64,000 bases of DNA, taken from Nageia nagi (lineage: Eukaryota; Plantae; Pinophyta). The notes under the pieces were generated by a model, which saw only the letters and a program-made list of their open reading frames with translations, made no database searches and was not told the origin of the DNA. The first letter of the stretch is position 1. The number at the start of each line of letters is the position of its first letter. The position numbers and the translations under genes are program-made. Where the stretch lies: positions 130,262,001 through 130,326,000 of the forward strand of contig JBITNC010000001.1 in NCBI GenBank assembly GCA_050084985.1, read 5' to 3'. This document shows positions 39,801 through 53,929 of the stretch, piece by piece.

Positions 39801-42230
39801 TTGATATATGTCTACTAGATCTATGATACCTATAACTAGGTTGTCTCTCTTGGTAGGTTTCATCATAAGGCTCTTATTGTTGATGAGTCATTTGAGAATG
39901 AGTATTAACCATTCTCTTTTGTTTTTTGGTACTTTACACTTAACACTTTTCAGTTTTATTTTTATTTTTTACTAAATAAAAAATAAAATAAAATAAACAT
40001 CATTCATAGCAATTATGTTTTTATTTTTTATTTATATTATCAAGAAAACAAATAAATGCACAAACAACCTATTTATAAAATCACCTTTTCAGTATGATTA
40101 TCTTATCTAATTTTATTGATAAATTGAATTAATTTTTTCTTTAATGAGTGATGTGAATTATTTATTTTCTTCTTGTTAATTTTCTTAGGTTATTTTTTCT
40201 AATAATGTGTTTAAATGAGGGTAGGCTAGAATCCTATAAGTAATCTATGGAAAAGTGTCGAATTGGTACTTAAGGAGGTCCCCTTAGTGCAATAGGGCTT
40301 AGGGAGTACTACTAAAGACTATCTTGATAGTGGAATCCAAGCATAGCCTTCTTATTTATAGTCTCTTGATGAAAAGTGACAACTTTTATCCTAGAACCTA
40401 GTATTCATCTCTAGGTTTGGTTCTATAGCTTATGATGTAATTTATGTAATCACCTCCAACTTATTGATGTTTAGTTTTAAAAGGTATTATGCATTAAAAA
40501 TAAAAAACTCATGATAGTTACACCCCAACCCAACATATATGTCCTTTGATTATATTTTATTTAAAATGAAAAAAATAGTATTTTAATTAATGAATCTTAA
40601 TCTAACCCACAAGATTCATTACCACTTTTAGTGTGATTCTTTAACTAAAAATTAATGAGATTCATTTACTCCTTCCAAGTGTGGAAGCAATTAGGTGAAG
40701 TTCATTTACCACCTCTTACTAATGACATCTACCTTTGACCTTATTTTGGAGAGATAAAATGAGACATGTAAGAAGGTATTTAAGTGAGTGTAAATTACCT
40801 TATATGATATTCTTTAACTCCTATTCGAGTCACAATCCTTCAAAATCCTTTTGGAGTGGTGAGGCAAATAAGAAGAGTTTTAATGTGAAATGAATTTCTT
40901 TAGATGCGGTTGTTTAACTCCTTAAGTTACCATCCATTAACCTCCTTTTAGAGTGATGAGGTAGACAGTGAAGAGTATTAATGTGAAGGAAAATATCCAC
41001 CCAATAAATTAACTAATTTAATATGTTTGAATCTACCTTAACCCTAAGAAATTGACCTTATATTCATTCCATTTTTAATGGTAGTTAATTAATTCTTTTT
41101 AAGTGTAGAAGTAATTTAAAGAGATTTTATTACCAATCTTAATGATCTAAAGTGAGAAAAATAAAAAGGGTTCATTTACTCTTATCTTATTGCACCCATC
41201 CTTATCACCTAAGATTGTCTTTCAGTACAAAGGGAGAGCATAAGTGGGTGTAATGGAAAATTTTAGGTGAGTTTGTTGGTATGCTCCCAAAATAAACAAA
41301 GATAAATAATATTCATGCAATTTACTTAAATAAAGAAAAAATAATGCATATTACCTAAACATTCATTTGCCCTTCCTATATGCAATCTAGGTAAAAAAAA
41401 TCATAGAAAAGGGGTTTATTTCCATTTTTCATTTTAGTGCCTAAATTACGCTTTTAGAATTGATAAAAATTGAAATGTATACCCTCTATCTTTAGTTGTT
41501 GGCATTTTCACACTTTTACTAAGAATCATTGGCATTCCAATCCAATCGTTGGCATTTTATTCCAATTATTGGTGATTACACTGGTACTTGATAATAGTCA
41601 TCGGTAATCACATAGATAGAAAATAGAAACTAGCAAACAAAAAACAAACACAAAATTAGTAGTGATACCACCAAACACAATATATCAAAAATGAATAATA
41701 AAAAATAGGAACCACCCTCTATGCCTCATTTTTGATGTAGCTTGCATGTGAGGGCCATCATAGTGCTAGAATGTTTACCCAAAAAATAACCTTTCAAGTA
41801 TGCAAAACAAGATATGTTACAACCAACAAAACTCTTTATTGATCTTTGGTGTAAACTTCAATAATCAATTTACAATGACAAATCTCATATTGATTTATGA
41901 TGTACAATAGCGCCTTATATAGTAAGGGCTTTTGATTACAATGAAGGGAGATATAGGCTCCCTTGGGCATCCTCTAAATGGTTGTTTCAATGTGTGCAAG
42001 CCTTCAATAGTATCTAAAAAACTTGTGAGGAAATGTTGGTGATGATCTTTGATTGCTTAGTCTTCTTCTACTCAAACTAGCTACCATGCACCTACAAATC
42101 CTACACATATACAAACTGGAAACCTATCAAACATACCTACTCACATAGCTAAAATGTATGAAATTATAATGAAAATATGAGAATGAAATAATACAAAAAC
42201 ATAATGCATTTACTCTCTAAAAGTTTGAAT
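33843..42230 (-). mobile_element. Decayed Tat/Ogre-type Ty3/gypsy element, truncated in the second (archaeal-type) RNase H; long 5' UTR; LTR from ~41736
   Basis: Candidate ATG 39912; GREDPKEHLRCF Gag; ILIDEGS and YNLLLGKPWI protease; CTDFRDLNKACPKDDF, MDGFLGYNQI, YVDDVL RT; LEKLCLALVFATKKLRHY RH; YFDGS…FPCTNN..YEAL second RNase H, diagnostic of Tat. Confidence 0.9.
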
Positions 42231-43659
42231 GTATTCTAGAAAAGTAAGGTCGTAATAACTTGGATCCCCTTCTCCTTAGGAGAAGGTTTAATTTATAGGT
42301 TATTTGGACTGGACAAGGTTATTATTTATGAGGTAAGGATTGGATTAAAAAATCTCATCCATCCTTATCATAGGTTCTATCCACATGGGGAAGGTATAGA
42401 ATCAAGGATGAATCATCCAAAATCAGTTAGCTTGTTTCCTTAGGTGCATGCCTTGATTTTTCCATTTTTCTTTAACTTTTCTATTTCCAAGATCGTTGGT
42501 GATTACATTTTAGGCATAAATAATTGAATCAAATCATTTATGATTGTATTAAATCATCAACAACAAAGGGTTTTTAACAAAATTTATCATTTGCTTAAGC
42601 TTTTATTCCTTTTTTCATTTATTGAAAGAGGGTTCATTTTTAGGTGTCTACAACTAGATCAAGGATCTCATTACCATTGATAAGGATACAAGGGATAAAT
42701 CCCATATGATATTTATAAGATTATGTGTTAGTATTTATTCCATAATGAACATCCCATAATCCATTAACTTAATCTTTGAGTTAGGGAAATGGAATCAACT
42801 GATTAAGTATGAGAATCCTCCTCAAACATGTGAGGTCTACAAGATGAAAAGCCATGCTCCCTCATGGTATCCTTTGAAAGTACAATAAAATAAAATAAAA
42901 AACAAAAAATAAGGTGGTAAATATCCATATTAGAGAACATAAAAATGTGAAGCTTTAAGTGTGGTGCATATGATGGATACCAATGTGTTTCCTATGCATA
43001 ATTCATTTTCTAGCTTGGAGGATCAATCTCAATCTAAGGAAGCTTTGGTTAAGGAAAAATCATTTTATGACAAAGATTTGGCCAATGAAAGCTCAAGGCC
43101 AATCAATGAAGAAGCTATGATGGCTATGTTAAAAGATAAAGATTTGGTTAATAAAATCTTGAACCAAAATAAGGAAGACTAGGAAGCAATTTCCTTGAAT
43201 GAGGAGGTTTTGATGGTTGAGGAAGAATGTCAAGGAGAGTGGGAAATTATTTCTCAAATAAAAAAGACTTTGGTCCTTGAGTTGATAAATTTAGTGAAGT
43301 TATACATAAAGTTATAAAAATTCAATTCCCTAAACTCTTAGAGGCTCATCCTATGAATGAGGATCAAGGTGAGAAGGATTAAGAAGAGGTAAATCTAGAG
43401 CTCACCCTCATCCTTACTTTGAGTGGTAAGTTTTGTGGAGATCATAAGGACTCAAAATTTCAAGAGGAAACCACTGTATCAACCCCTAATCAAAAGGGAA
43501 AGAAGAAGAAGAAAATAAGCTACAAGGTTATATAGGAAAGGATCACCCTAGTAGACCTTCGAAAGGAGTGGTCAGATATCGAGAAACAAAATTGTACATT
43601 ATCATAGGTGCTCAAGACACCCTCTTTAGGGGAGGAGGGAAGAACAAAGACTTGAAATA

Positions 43660-46600
43660 ATGAAAATCCTTTCTTAGAATATCATGGGGATCTATACTCC
43701 TAAAAGACACAAAGTTTATTTTCTTTGAAAAAGAACTTAAAACTAGAGGTTATCCTTTTTCAACAGAAAAAAATTACTAAAGGGAAGGAAATCACTATCA
43801 AAAATATTTTATGGAGGGATGCAAATTTTCTTACTATTAATGCACTCAACAAGTCTAAAGGTATTATGTTCTTATTAGATAGGAATAAATTAGAAGGTAG
43901 GGTGATAGTCTCTAGTCCAAAATTTTGCTCCATTTGTTTTACCTACTTAGATACTAAGGAGAATTTTATTGCAACAAATGTGTATGATCCTACTACCTAT
44001 GAGGGAAGGAAAATTTTATGGTACTCCTTGAACCATATGAGGGAATATTTTAGAGGCCTAAGTTGGATTATAGCAAGTGATTTAAACTCTTCCTTGTACC
44101 CTTTTGACAAGCAAGGGAAAGTGGAAGGTTTCACTTATATTATGAAAAAATTTGTTGGATTTACCAATAATAACAACTATTTGGAGTTGAGTAGAATTAA
44201 GTAGACTTGGAATAATGGTAGATGTGGGGCTTCCCACATTTAGGAAAAACTTGATAGAGTGCTCATCTCTTAATATTAAATTGCTAAGTTTGGAGATTCT
44301 ACTCTCATAGGCTATTTGAAGACTAGTTTAAACCATAACCCCTTATTATGGGAAACATAAGAGCAAAGGAGGCAATTCAATACTCCCCTTTGATTTAAAA
44401 AAATATGGCTTATCCATGAGAGTATGGAGGATAACATTCAAGTGTGGTGGAAATAAAGCTTTTGCAACCTACCCTTGACTCAAATAGCCAAGAAATTAAG
44501 ATTCGTTAAGAAAAATCTTAATGTCTAGAATAGAGAAACCTTTTGTTTGCTCCTTAGAAGGAAAGCTAACCTTCAAGAGCAATTGAGAATTCTGGAAGAT
44601 AAAATTTACAAGGTTGTTTAGAGTAAATTTGCTATAAAGAAAGGGATATCTTAGGCAAATAGTATAATATCCTTGAACAAGAGGAGATAATATGGAAGAA
44701 AAAGTCTAGGATTACTTGGCTTAAGGAGGGGGATAGGAAGACCATGTTTTTCCATGTTACCACCTTAAGACATAGAAGTCATAATTGCATTAAGTAAATC
44801 TAATGTGGGGATAGTTATTTTACCAAGGATCTAAATAAAATAAGAGAGGAAGGAGTCTCTTTCTTCATCAATATTTTGGGTCAAAATTTGACCTCCCAAC
44901 AAAGAGTTGCTAAAAAGCTTCTCGATAATATTCCAAGATTGATGACTAAGATACTCAACAACTTTTTGAGTGGAAAGTTTAAAGAAAAATATATTCAAGC
45001 TACTGTGTTCAAAATGGAAGGGTCCAAAGCTCCAAATAAGGATGGCTTTCCTAGATATTTTTTCCAATCCTTTTGGGAGATTATGTGCAAAAATATTATG
45101 GGGTGGTTCAGGATTTCCAAATTACAAAAGCTATGCCAAAAGATGTGAATTCTACCTTTGTTGATCTCATTCCTAAGGAGATTGATGCTAATTCCTTTAG
45201 TAAATTTTGCCCCATTAGCTTGTGTAACTTTCTTTACAAAATTATTTTGAAAGTCATTCCAAATAGGTTAAAAACCATTCTTCCCTTCATAATAGGTTGA
45301 AAATCATTGTAATGATACCATCCAAAATTTCTCTCCCATGCATAAATCCCCTTAAAATTCATGAGGTTGGTCACTCAACCATCAAATATGGTAGGGATGA
45401 GATGTTTCTTAAACTTGATGTTATTAAGGCTTATGATAGAGTATATTGGATATTTTTATTACAGGTTTTGTAAAGGTTTAGATTTCAATAGGACTATATT
45501 TCTCTTATTCAAGAATGTATTTTTACTACTAAATTCTATATGCTTATCAATTTTTCAACTATTATCTATTTCCTTGGGAAAAGAGGCCTTCATAGGATGA
45601 TCTATTATCTCCTTTCCTCTTCATCATTATGGATGAAACACTAGACAGGAGGGTTCTATCTACTACTCAATCTGAAAGGATTGAAGGTATTAAATGTAGA
45701 AAGGGTCTCCCACCAGCCTCTCACTAACAATTTGTGGATGATACCCTAATATCAATAAGATTACTATGAAGTTGTAGGAGAAATTAATTCAAATTCAAAA
45801 ATGCTTCCTTTGTACTGGCATAAAGGAGAAAAATTGAATGACCTTGGTGGCTTGGAAGAAGATATACTTACCCTTCAAACAAGGTGGTTTAGGGATTAGA
45901 AACCTCATGAAGATGAATCTTGATTTTATGGGGAAGGTAGGGTGGAAGGTTCCAACCAATAAGAACCTCCCTTAGGTAAAGGTTGTTAAGGAAAAATACC
46001 TTCCTAATTCAATATTTTTGGAAGAGAAAAATCTAAGAGGAGTCTCATCCTTCTAGAATGATCTCAAGGGTATGAAGGACTTTCTCAAAAATCATAAGTG
46101 TTGGATCATTAGTGATGGTAGTAGAGTTTACTTTTAGAAGGATAATTGGCTATTGAAGACTCCTCTTTAGTAGCATGAACATATATCCATTCTAGTGAGA
46201 AATGTATTCATCACTATGGAAGGATGGTAAAACTTATTCATCAATATGGAAGGATGGTATCAAATTATATCATTCATAAGGATAGGAAGTCTTGGAAGTT
46301 ATTGGCTTTGGATAACCCTATAAACTCTTAGAACTAGGCTTTGGCAACTTTGAATAATATGTTTTAAAAATGTTTATGCCCTCCCTTAGGGGGGAGAGGA
46401 ATCTTTTGTTTGGGAAGGAGATTAATAAGGTTCATACTCAATCAATTCATCTTACAAGATTTTTGAAATGGGTTTTCCTTCTTGGGATTTGTCTTGTAAG
46501 GTTTAGGTTAAGAATGTTATTCCTAAAATTGATTTTTTTCTTTAGGTGGCTAGTTAGAATAAAATTCTTACACTAGTAAATCTAATAAGTAGGGGCTTCA

Positions 46601-47464
46601 GTATGGATAATAGATGTATTTTATGTAAAAAAATGAGGAAATAGGAAACCATCTATTGATCCATTGTAATTACATAAAGGATATCTTTCAATTTATTTTG
46701 CAACTATTCCACATGAATTGGGTAGTACCAAGGAATGGTTAAGGAATTATCAATGGGAGAATCCCTTCATTAGTACTAGATTGAGAAGATTATAGGACCT
46801 TATTATTTCTCATATTTGGTGGGGAGTTTGGAAGGAAAGGAATCATCAAGTGTTCAAAGATGTCAATCTCTCTGCAAGATGTATTGCTTTAAGCATAACA
46901 CATTTCATGATGAAAAACTTATCTATTTTCAAGCCCAAAGTGTTATCAAAGTCTCCTACAAAGGATTTAATTCTCCTTAATTATGGGTAAGAGAGGATAA
47001 CATATCAAAGAGTTCAACACATAAGGAAGAAGGAAGTTTTGATTCACCCTCCTATGGGTTGGTTATCCTTTAACTTTGATGGTTCATGTAAAGGTAATCT
47101 AGGTCCTAAAGGAGCAGTGAGAGTGGTAAGAGATCATGTGAATAGAATTAAACTAATTATTGATGAACATTTGGGTTGTAAAAAAAGCCATTTTGCCAAA
47201 ATGTATGCAACTTTTACTAGTTTAACTATGATGAGTAGGTTGAACTACAATAATATGATCATCATTGGAAATTCTCTTAATGTGGTTAATATGCTTCAAG
47301 GATATTCCCCACTAGGATGGGACATCAAGTTTCTAATTGAAGAGGATAGAGGGATAATTGATGGGACTAATAATTTGGTTATTCAACATAATTATAGAGA
47401 GGCCAACAAAATAGCTAATTGGATTATGGATAAGGTAGTGATTATGAAGGATTTGATAGTTTAG
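43660..47464 (+). pseudogene. LINE C ORF2 pseudogene (EN, RT with internal deletion, zf-RVT, RNase H)
   Basis: MKILS*NI, TNVYDP, KLDRVL, KAPNKDGFP, LIPK..FCPISLCNFLYKII, FVDDTL, WGVWKERNHQVF, WLSFNFDGSCKGNLG…HNYREANKIANW. Confidence 0.92.
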
Positions 47465-48297
47465 GAAAGTAATTTCTCTAAATGTTTCATGATTTTGGTG
47501 AAGGAAGATATCCATGAGGGTTTTAGGAGGGTTTAAATCTAAAAGAAATCATTCTAATTAAAGTTGGATTGAGATGTTGGATTTTTAATTTATTGGTGGG
47601 GAAAGTATGGACAATGGGAAATCTAAAAAGTCTAAGGAGACTCATCACTAGATGTGGATTTTTGGCATGGTTGGGAAAAATAAAATTTAGGTAAGTATAA
47701 CTTAGCACTGGGAGATGTGAGGTTGATAAAATATTGTACTTAATGTTTTCCATATAGTATCCTTGGATATGGGGATGCTATTGGGGTCATGTGTGGTGCT
47801 TACTGATGGGGGTTTTACAAGGTGGAACCTTGTTGGGAACTCACTCTAAGCCATGATGGTGTCTAGCTAATATAGGCATGGGTAATTTCACATCAAATGA
47901 TGATAAGGGCTTAGGTAGGCTCATTTTTTCCTCTCCACTTAACATCAGATGGAACTATCACTAATATCATTACACCTAGCTTCTTCAAGATTGCCTCCAA
48001 AATGAGTCTATATATGATGATGGTGTATCATAGGATATGTGATGGTCATTAAAAAGGGGAGAGGAGGTTTCTCATTCCTTGGATATTGGACCTCATAGCA
48101 TGTTAGTTAAGCAAAAAGTCTTTCAATCATAGATGTCACATGATTTGTAGCATCAGGACAAGGTGGTATGCTTTCATATTAATACTTAGGTATTTGAGGA
48201 GGTCTTCCATAATAACAATTAGGTTACTGAGAAGAAGTATTTTTTACATGTAATTATTCAGCTATGTTATCTTGTAATGACACTTAATGAAAGTAAG

Positions 48298-49301
48298 ATG
48301 CAAAGGATCTTGAGTTCTAGTTAAACCAAGGAGGCTTGAGATTTCCTCTACAATGAGGATGATTGTAGAACTAGGGGTCTTACTTAAGTTTATATAAAAA
48401 TTTGATAGTCATAATGAGGACATTACAATGAAAGTTTTGGAGAGTTAGCAAGGTGGTATGATGAAGGTTTATTGTATAAACTTCCAAAAGAATCAGAACT
48501 TAATTATAGAGGTGACTGATCTAATAATTTCGAGGGAGGTTATACACCAAGATAATCATAATCTAAAGAGCAAGTTGGTTAATTTCTAAAAAGGAGGCCT
48601 AAATTTCCCTCATGAGAAGAAAGGGATGGTGGTATGGACATATTTACTAGATCCTTAACCATAGATAGCTCTAACTATAATGTAATTCATTACCCCTGAC
48701 ACTACGAATGTTTGGATCAAAAGTTTCTATTTTTAATTCTTAAATCACCTAAAAGGAGATAAAATGAACATTTCTACATTCTTTAAGTAGAGCTCAATAA
48801 GGTGATGAAAGATTTTCAAAACAATCTTAATGATTTTGCAAATACATAATGGTCTAGATGGGTGTTTTAGAAATGTTTAATTGGGTTTCTCCTAAAGGAA
48901 TTTCTTTTATAGGAGTTCTAAAGGGTGAATCTATTGGAAGTATGGAGAAGAATCATTACATCATGTTTGAAGATGAATAATGACAACCGATGAAGGTTAA
49001 CACTAGTATTAAATGTTATCCAACTCATAAGGAGAAGAAAGGGATGATCTATGTGAGAATTCTAATGTGGAGGCCAACCTTGATATTATGTAGGTCATAG
49101 AGAAGGCTATGGAGCACTTTGAGATCAATGAGAAGGCTCAAGGAGATCACTCTTTGATAATGGAAAGCAAGCTTGGGGCATTTTGTGAAGTGCAAGATTT
49201 GGAATAATATACTAGGGATGATTAAAGAAACCCTACTTATGGTGAAGGTGTTCAATGATATCCTATAAGAGATGGAAGCTGAACAACTCAAGAAAGTTTA
49301 A
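48298..49301 (+). pseudogene. Decayed ORF3 of LINE C, homologous to ORF3 of LINE A
   Basis: Hand translation: KGS*VLVKP…MIVELGVLLKFI*KFDSHNEDITMKVLES*QGGMMKVYCINFQKNQNLIIEVTDL…YLLDP*P*IALTIM*FITPDTTNVWIKSFYF*FLNHLKGDKMNISTFF, ending in helical …IKETLLMVKVFNDIL*EMEAEQLKKV*. Confidence 0.7.
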
Positions 49302-52300
49302 TGCTAGTTCTAGCTCTATTTATTTTGGTTTAGGTCTAGACTATGTTATGTATTGAGTGTACTACGGTAGGATCTATTTTGTTATTTTGTTTAATGATAG
49401 TAGTAGTAGAATAAAGTTTTTTTGTAATGGAGGATTATTAGTATTTATGGTGTAAATGTCAATCTACCTTGCGAGGTATATTTTTGGATGGTCCTAGTCT
49501 AGCCTTTCTCATAAGCTTAAATGCTTATTTTTGGGACTTTGTAAATGGTTAGGATTCCATGAAAAAGCAATCCTCCAATATTATCGAAACAAAAATTATC
49601 TAAAGGCCACTACAATGTTATAGTACTTTACATTGTGATAATAATTTCAAGTTATCAAATATCATTATAGCATTAACATATACAATTTCAATATTTTTAG
49701 GTAGTCATTTAATTACTTTCAAATTTCCTACATTTCATTTAATTAGGTTAGAATTAATTTATCTATTCTTTTTTTGTAATTTTTGTTTTGACTATTTGCA
49801 TAAATAACTTAATACATGACCACTAATAAAATAATTTAATTACCAAGGAGAATACCCCAAAATCACCCTCTCAATCTCATTTAATATTTATATTGCAAAG
49901 AAATAATAATCAAAGTAAAAGATGAAAATAATAACCAAGGCAAACTATATATCATTAAATTACCTTATATACATTGACCTTCTTATACTTGTAATTATGC
50001 TATATTATGTTAATTAGTTAAATGTTATTACTTCATCAATTTTCACATAATACAACTTATATGATACAATTTAATAATTTTAAATTACATTGTTTATCAT
50101 TTTCAATAAAAGTAAACAAGATGGAAAATAAGTCATTAATAACTTTTCTATTTTTTTATTAATTTAAAATTTTAATTATTATTTATTCCTATTTAAAATT
50201 CACATTTATTTACATATATTTTTAATAAGATACCATGATAAAGTTAAGATTTTATAATTCAATATAATAAAATGCATTCAATTTATATAAAAATGTATCA
50301 CTTAAATCATAATGAAGAAAATAATTCTAGTAACAATGTCAATTATCAAATCATAATTAAATTAAAAATAAATCATATACTTTCTTGAAGTTAGTATTTT
50401 ACATACATATATTAATGTTTCAAAGCTTTTAAACTTATAAACCCTTTATTATAGTTATTTATGAGTCCACATTATATATAAATACTACAACATAATATTA
50501 TAACTATACAATAAATCTTAAACTATATTTAAATATACAACTTTTAATATCTTTTTATATAAATATAAAATGCATAAATTTATTTATTTCAAGTAAAATG
50601 GTTTTGCAATGTTTGATATCTAATATAATTTTTTTTTGCATGAACACAAAATAATCCTTTTGTTTGTATTGGTTTAATGGAAGACAAGATCATTAAGAAA
50701 TACATACAAGTCTTAACTTTCATTCTTTAAGATGAACATGAATAGGAAATCCATTCATTAAGTGAGGAAGGGGAAAAAAGGATATCATGTCATCTTTTAA
50801 CACATTCCACCTGTTACATAAAATTCATAAATTTATTATTAAAATATTAAATTTAAAAAATATAAATCATTTATTCAATTTACATATATTAAACAATAAC
50901 ATACATATGCATATACTTCTTTGAATTTAAGTATAATCAAACAATACCTTAAATAAAGGTTTATATATCAAAATACTAAAATCAATATATTCTTGGGAAA
51001 ATATCCAAAATATGTCTATAATTTTTCATAATATAAAAAAATACCTTCATTTTTTGAAAGAACAAAAATACTCCTAAAAATTGGGAGATGCGATGGAGAC
51101 ATAAATTGAACATATGGTAGAAACATCTCAAGGAGACTTAAAGACCAAATTCTAGGTAGCTATCCATTTCCAAGGTTGACAATTTAGCTATTTAACTTTA
51201 AAAATTATTGAGTCATTAAATTCATGGATTATTGAATTCCATGAGAAGCCTATCATTTTTCATTATTAGCTTATGATATGATATGATGGATAACAAGCAA
51301 CTACACTTCAACTTCCTAGATGTCTCTCTATTAGTATAGTACCAACAATGTAAAAATTGTAGGAATTACCATGTTAATATTGAATTATCCTAGCAAAAAA
51401 TATCTTGTTTGAATGCCTTCCACATCTTAGATTGTTTATCTTCTCTAATGTTAATGTTCAAACCAATGTTGATAGCTCTTTAAAATCCCCTACATACGTG
51501 CCATCAACATTTTACTTTTTGATATTTCAAAGCAAAAGTAGAGGTATTATCGATATTTCTAAAAAGAAAGGATTTTTTTTTATATATTACATAAAATTAC
51601 AAGGTTATTTTGGATATTGTTCCTATATTCTTTAGGGATGATATGATAGTTTTACTATATATTTATTTGTGATTATTATATAGAGAAGGAAGATGATTGA
51701 TATTAGATTATTTGGTTTTCAATTAATCACAATATTTCTTATTTTGGTTAATTTTTTTTTCCAATTTAATTATTATAATTTTTTTATAATGTTTTTTTAA
51801 TAATAATTTGATTTTTCACATTGATTTTAGATTTTATGTATTTTTATATTTTCATGGGTAGTTTGCATAGTTGTTTTTGTAAGTTTTATGTTCATCACCT
51901 TAAAAAGATAAAATTAATTTGTATTATAATATATAATAATTTTTATTATATAATTAGATGATTAATAATGCAAGTTCATATTAAGAGAAGCAGATAAGTA
52001 AATGGAATGCTCACAGGGAGTTCAGATTCGAGTCTTGAGTCTCATTTCCTTATGTAGTGAGTATAAAAATGGTTGTAAGTGCAAAATAAAAAAGTAATAA
52101 AGGGAGATCCTCGTAAAGGAGATATTTTCACTCTATACCATAGAAAAAAAATGTACATTTCAATACATATTGATATGAAAGTTTAAAATATAGGTATCAT
52201 TTAAAATGAGTGCTTTCTATGAGAAGCTTAATGTCCTCAAATCATCTCTTAATTTGTTTTGTGGAATAATCCTATCATAAATTAAATCATTATTTTTTTA

Positions 52301-52807
52301 TATTATTTATTGTTTTTCAATCTTATCTAGTTAAAAATCTTCAACCATATATTGAGATATATTAGGTACCTTCTTCATCATTAACATCTAATCCCCTACT
52401 CTTTAAAAACTCAAAAGAGATCCTTAAGAAGTAATCAATGAAATGCCCTCTCTTAAAGAAGACCAAACTAAGAAAATAACTATATTGGAGAATTCATCCA
52501 TTCATAAAATATTTCAAAGTTCAAACTACTACATTATAGTGTTATGAATGTATTATAGGATTGCACACTATATGAGATATTTTTCTCACTATTATAATTA
52601 AAAGCATTAATTTTATTTTTTCATATTATATAAGTTAATATTTTCTACATCAATTAATATCATTTATGAATATCCAATATCATTTAATATAATATGATTT
52701 ACCTTCATTAATTACAAATTAACTATTATTATTATTTTAATTTACAATTATTCAATTTATTGGTTAATTCTATATCAACATTTTAGTGAATCTCATATTA
52801 TTCAACT

Positions 52808-53525
52808 TATTAACACCTAAAAAGGAATTTTGATTTAATTAAAATATATTTTTAGATATTTGAAATAATTTATTAAATAAATGCTCTTTTCCATGTGCAC
52901 TTTGATCTACCTTTATATTTTGTAGTAATAGGTCTGTTCGACATCATAATAAGCCTAAAGAGGAGCCTTAGCACTAGACCTATTGTCTATAAAAATGGAA
53001 GAGTTATGCATGATCAAAGATAGTATATGACATGACATAATCTTGAATCCTTAATAGGTGGAAATATACCTATCTCAATCTTGTTTAGTGTTTCTAAATG
53101 CCACCTATCATCTTTGGATTTTGTTATACTTTGAGCTTTTCATTCTTACGATATTTCATTCCTTCATGATTGAGATTCCATACATTGAAGGTAGCATGAT
53201 GATATCAAGATTGAAGGTGAGGCATTCTAAAAAGGTAATCAAGTGCTATCATTGGGTTTATGGTACCATTATTAGGTTGAGGCTAGATTGGTGGCTTCGT
53301 ATTTTGAAGAAGCTTCTTGATTGCCCTCTCTCAATTGGATCTTGCCTTCGTTCATCATCATAAGTAAATAACATGTTTGTATCTTTCATTAATCTAATTT
53401 TGATAGGTTAAGGTTAAGTTGATATATTTCATCTTTCATGTCATAAATTTCTTGCTTTTCATAGTTAATTAGAAAATTTAATTATTTTGTAAATAACCTT
53501 CATAATTTTTATTTTGGTTATAACA
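52808..53525 (+). mobile_element. Solo LTR (718 bp)
   Basis: T(A)TTAACACC…GTTATAACA; TSD CAACT at 52803-52807 and 53526-53530; homologous to 59327-60052. Confidence 0.9.
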
Positions 53526-53929
53526 CAACTATTTCTATAAATTTAGATTTTTTTCATTAAACTATTTGAATTTTTCATTAATACTTTTGGCAAAACCATG
53601 CATGTGTATGGTGTTGTTTTTTTACATCTTTTAAATAGAAATTCAAGATTATAAAAATAACTCCCATAGTTTTGCAATTCTCTAAACCTTTCACTTGAAA
53701 TTTTTTATATGGATCTTTAGAAATAAATTTTTGATGTATTAAAGAACCTTATAAAATATAATTAAAAAACTTACAGTCAAATGATCAACCAAAAAAACAT
53801 GTTTATGCTCACAATAATAAATAAATAAATAATTTCATTCATTAATAAACCAAAATATATATAACCATATCTACTCCACATTATACCACCATAAACTTAA
53901 CTTAATTATTCATAACCTAAATAACATGA

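Larger units (their letters stand above)
42240..49595 (+). mobile_element. L1-clade LINE C with RNase H and an extra downstream ORF3 (5' boundary approximate)
   Basis: ORF1 RLCVSI…LGKWNQLIKYENPPQTC…H (~42720-42870); TAATG junction at 43658; ORF2 EN/RT/zf-RVT/RNase H; A-rich end at ~49587-49595. TSD not recognised. Confidence 0.88.

Noticed and set aside
50700-50815. Possible minus-strand exon bounded by CAG and GTATGT
   Set aside because: Contains an in-frame stop, has no recognisable homology and no partner exons.
52010-52050. B-box-like AGATTCGAGTC suggesting a tRNA or SINE
   Set aside because: No A-box, cloverleaf, tail or TSD could be supported.
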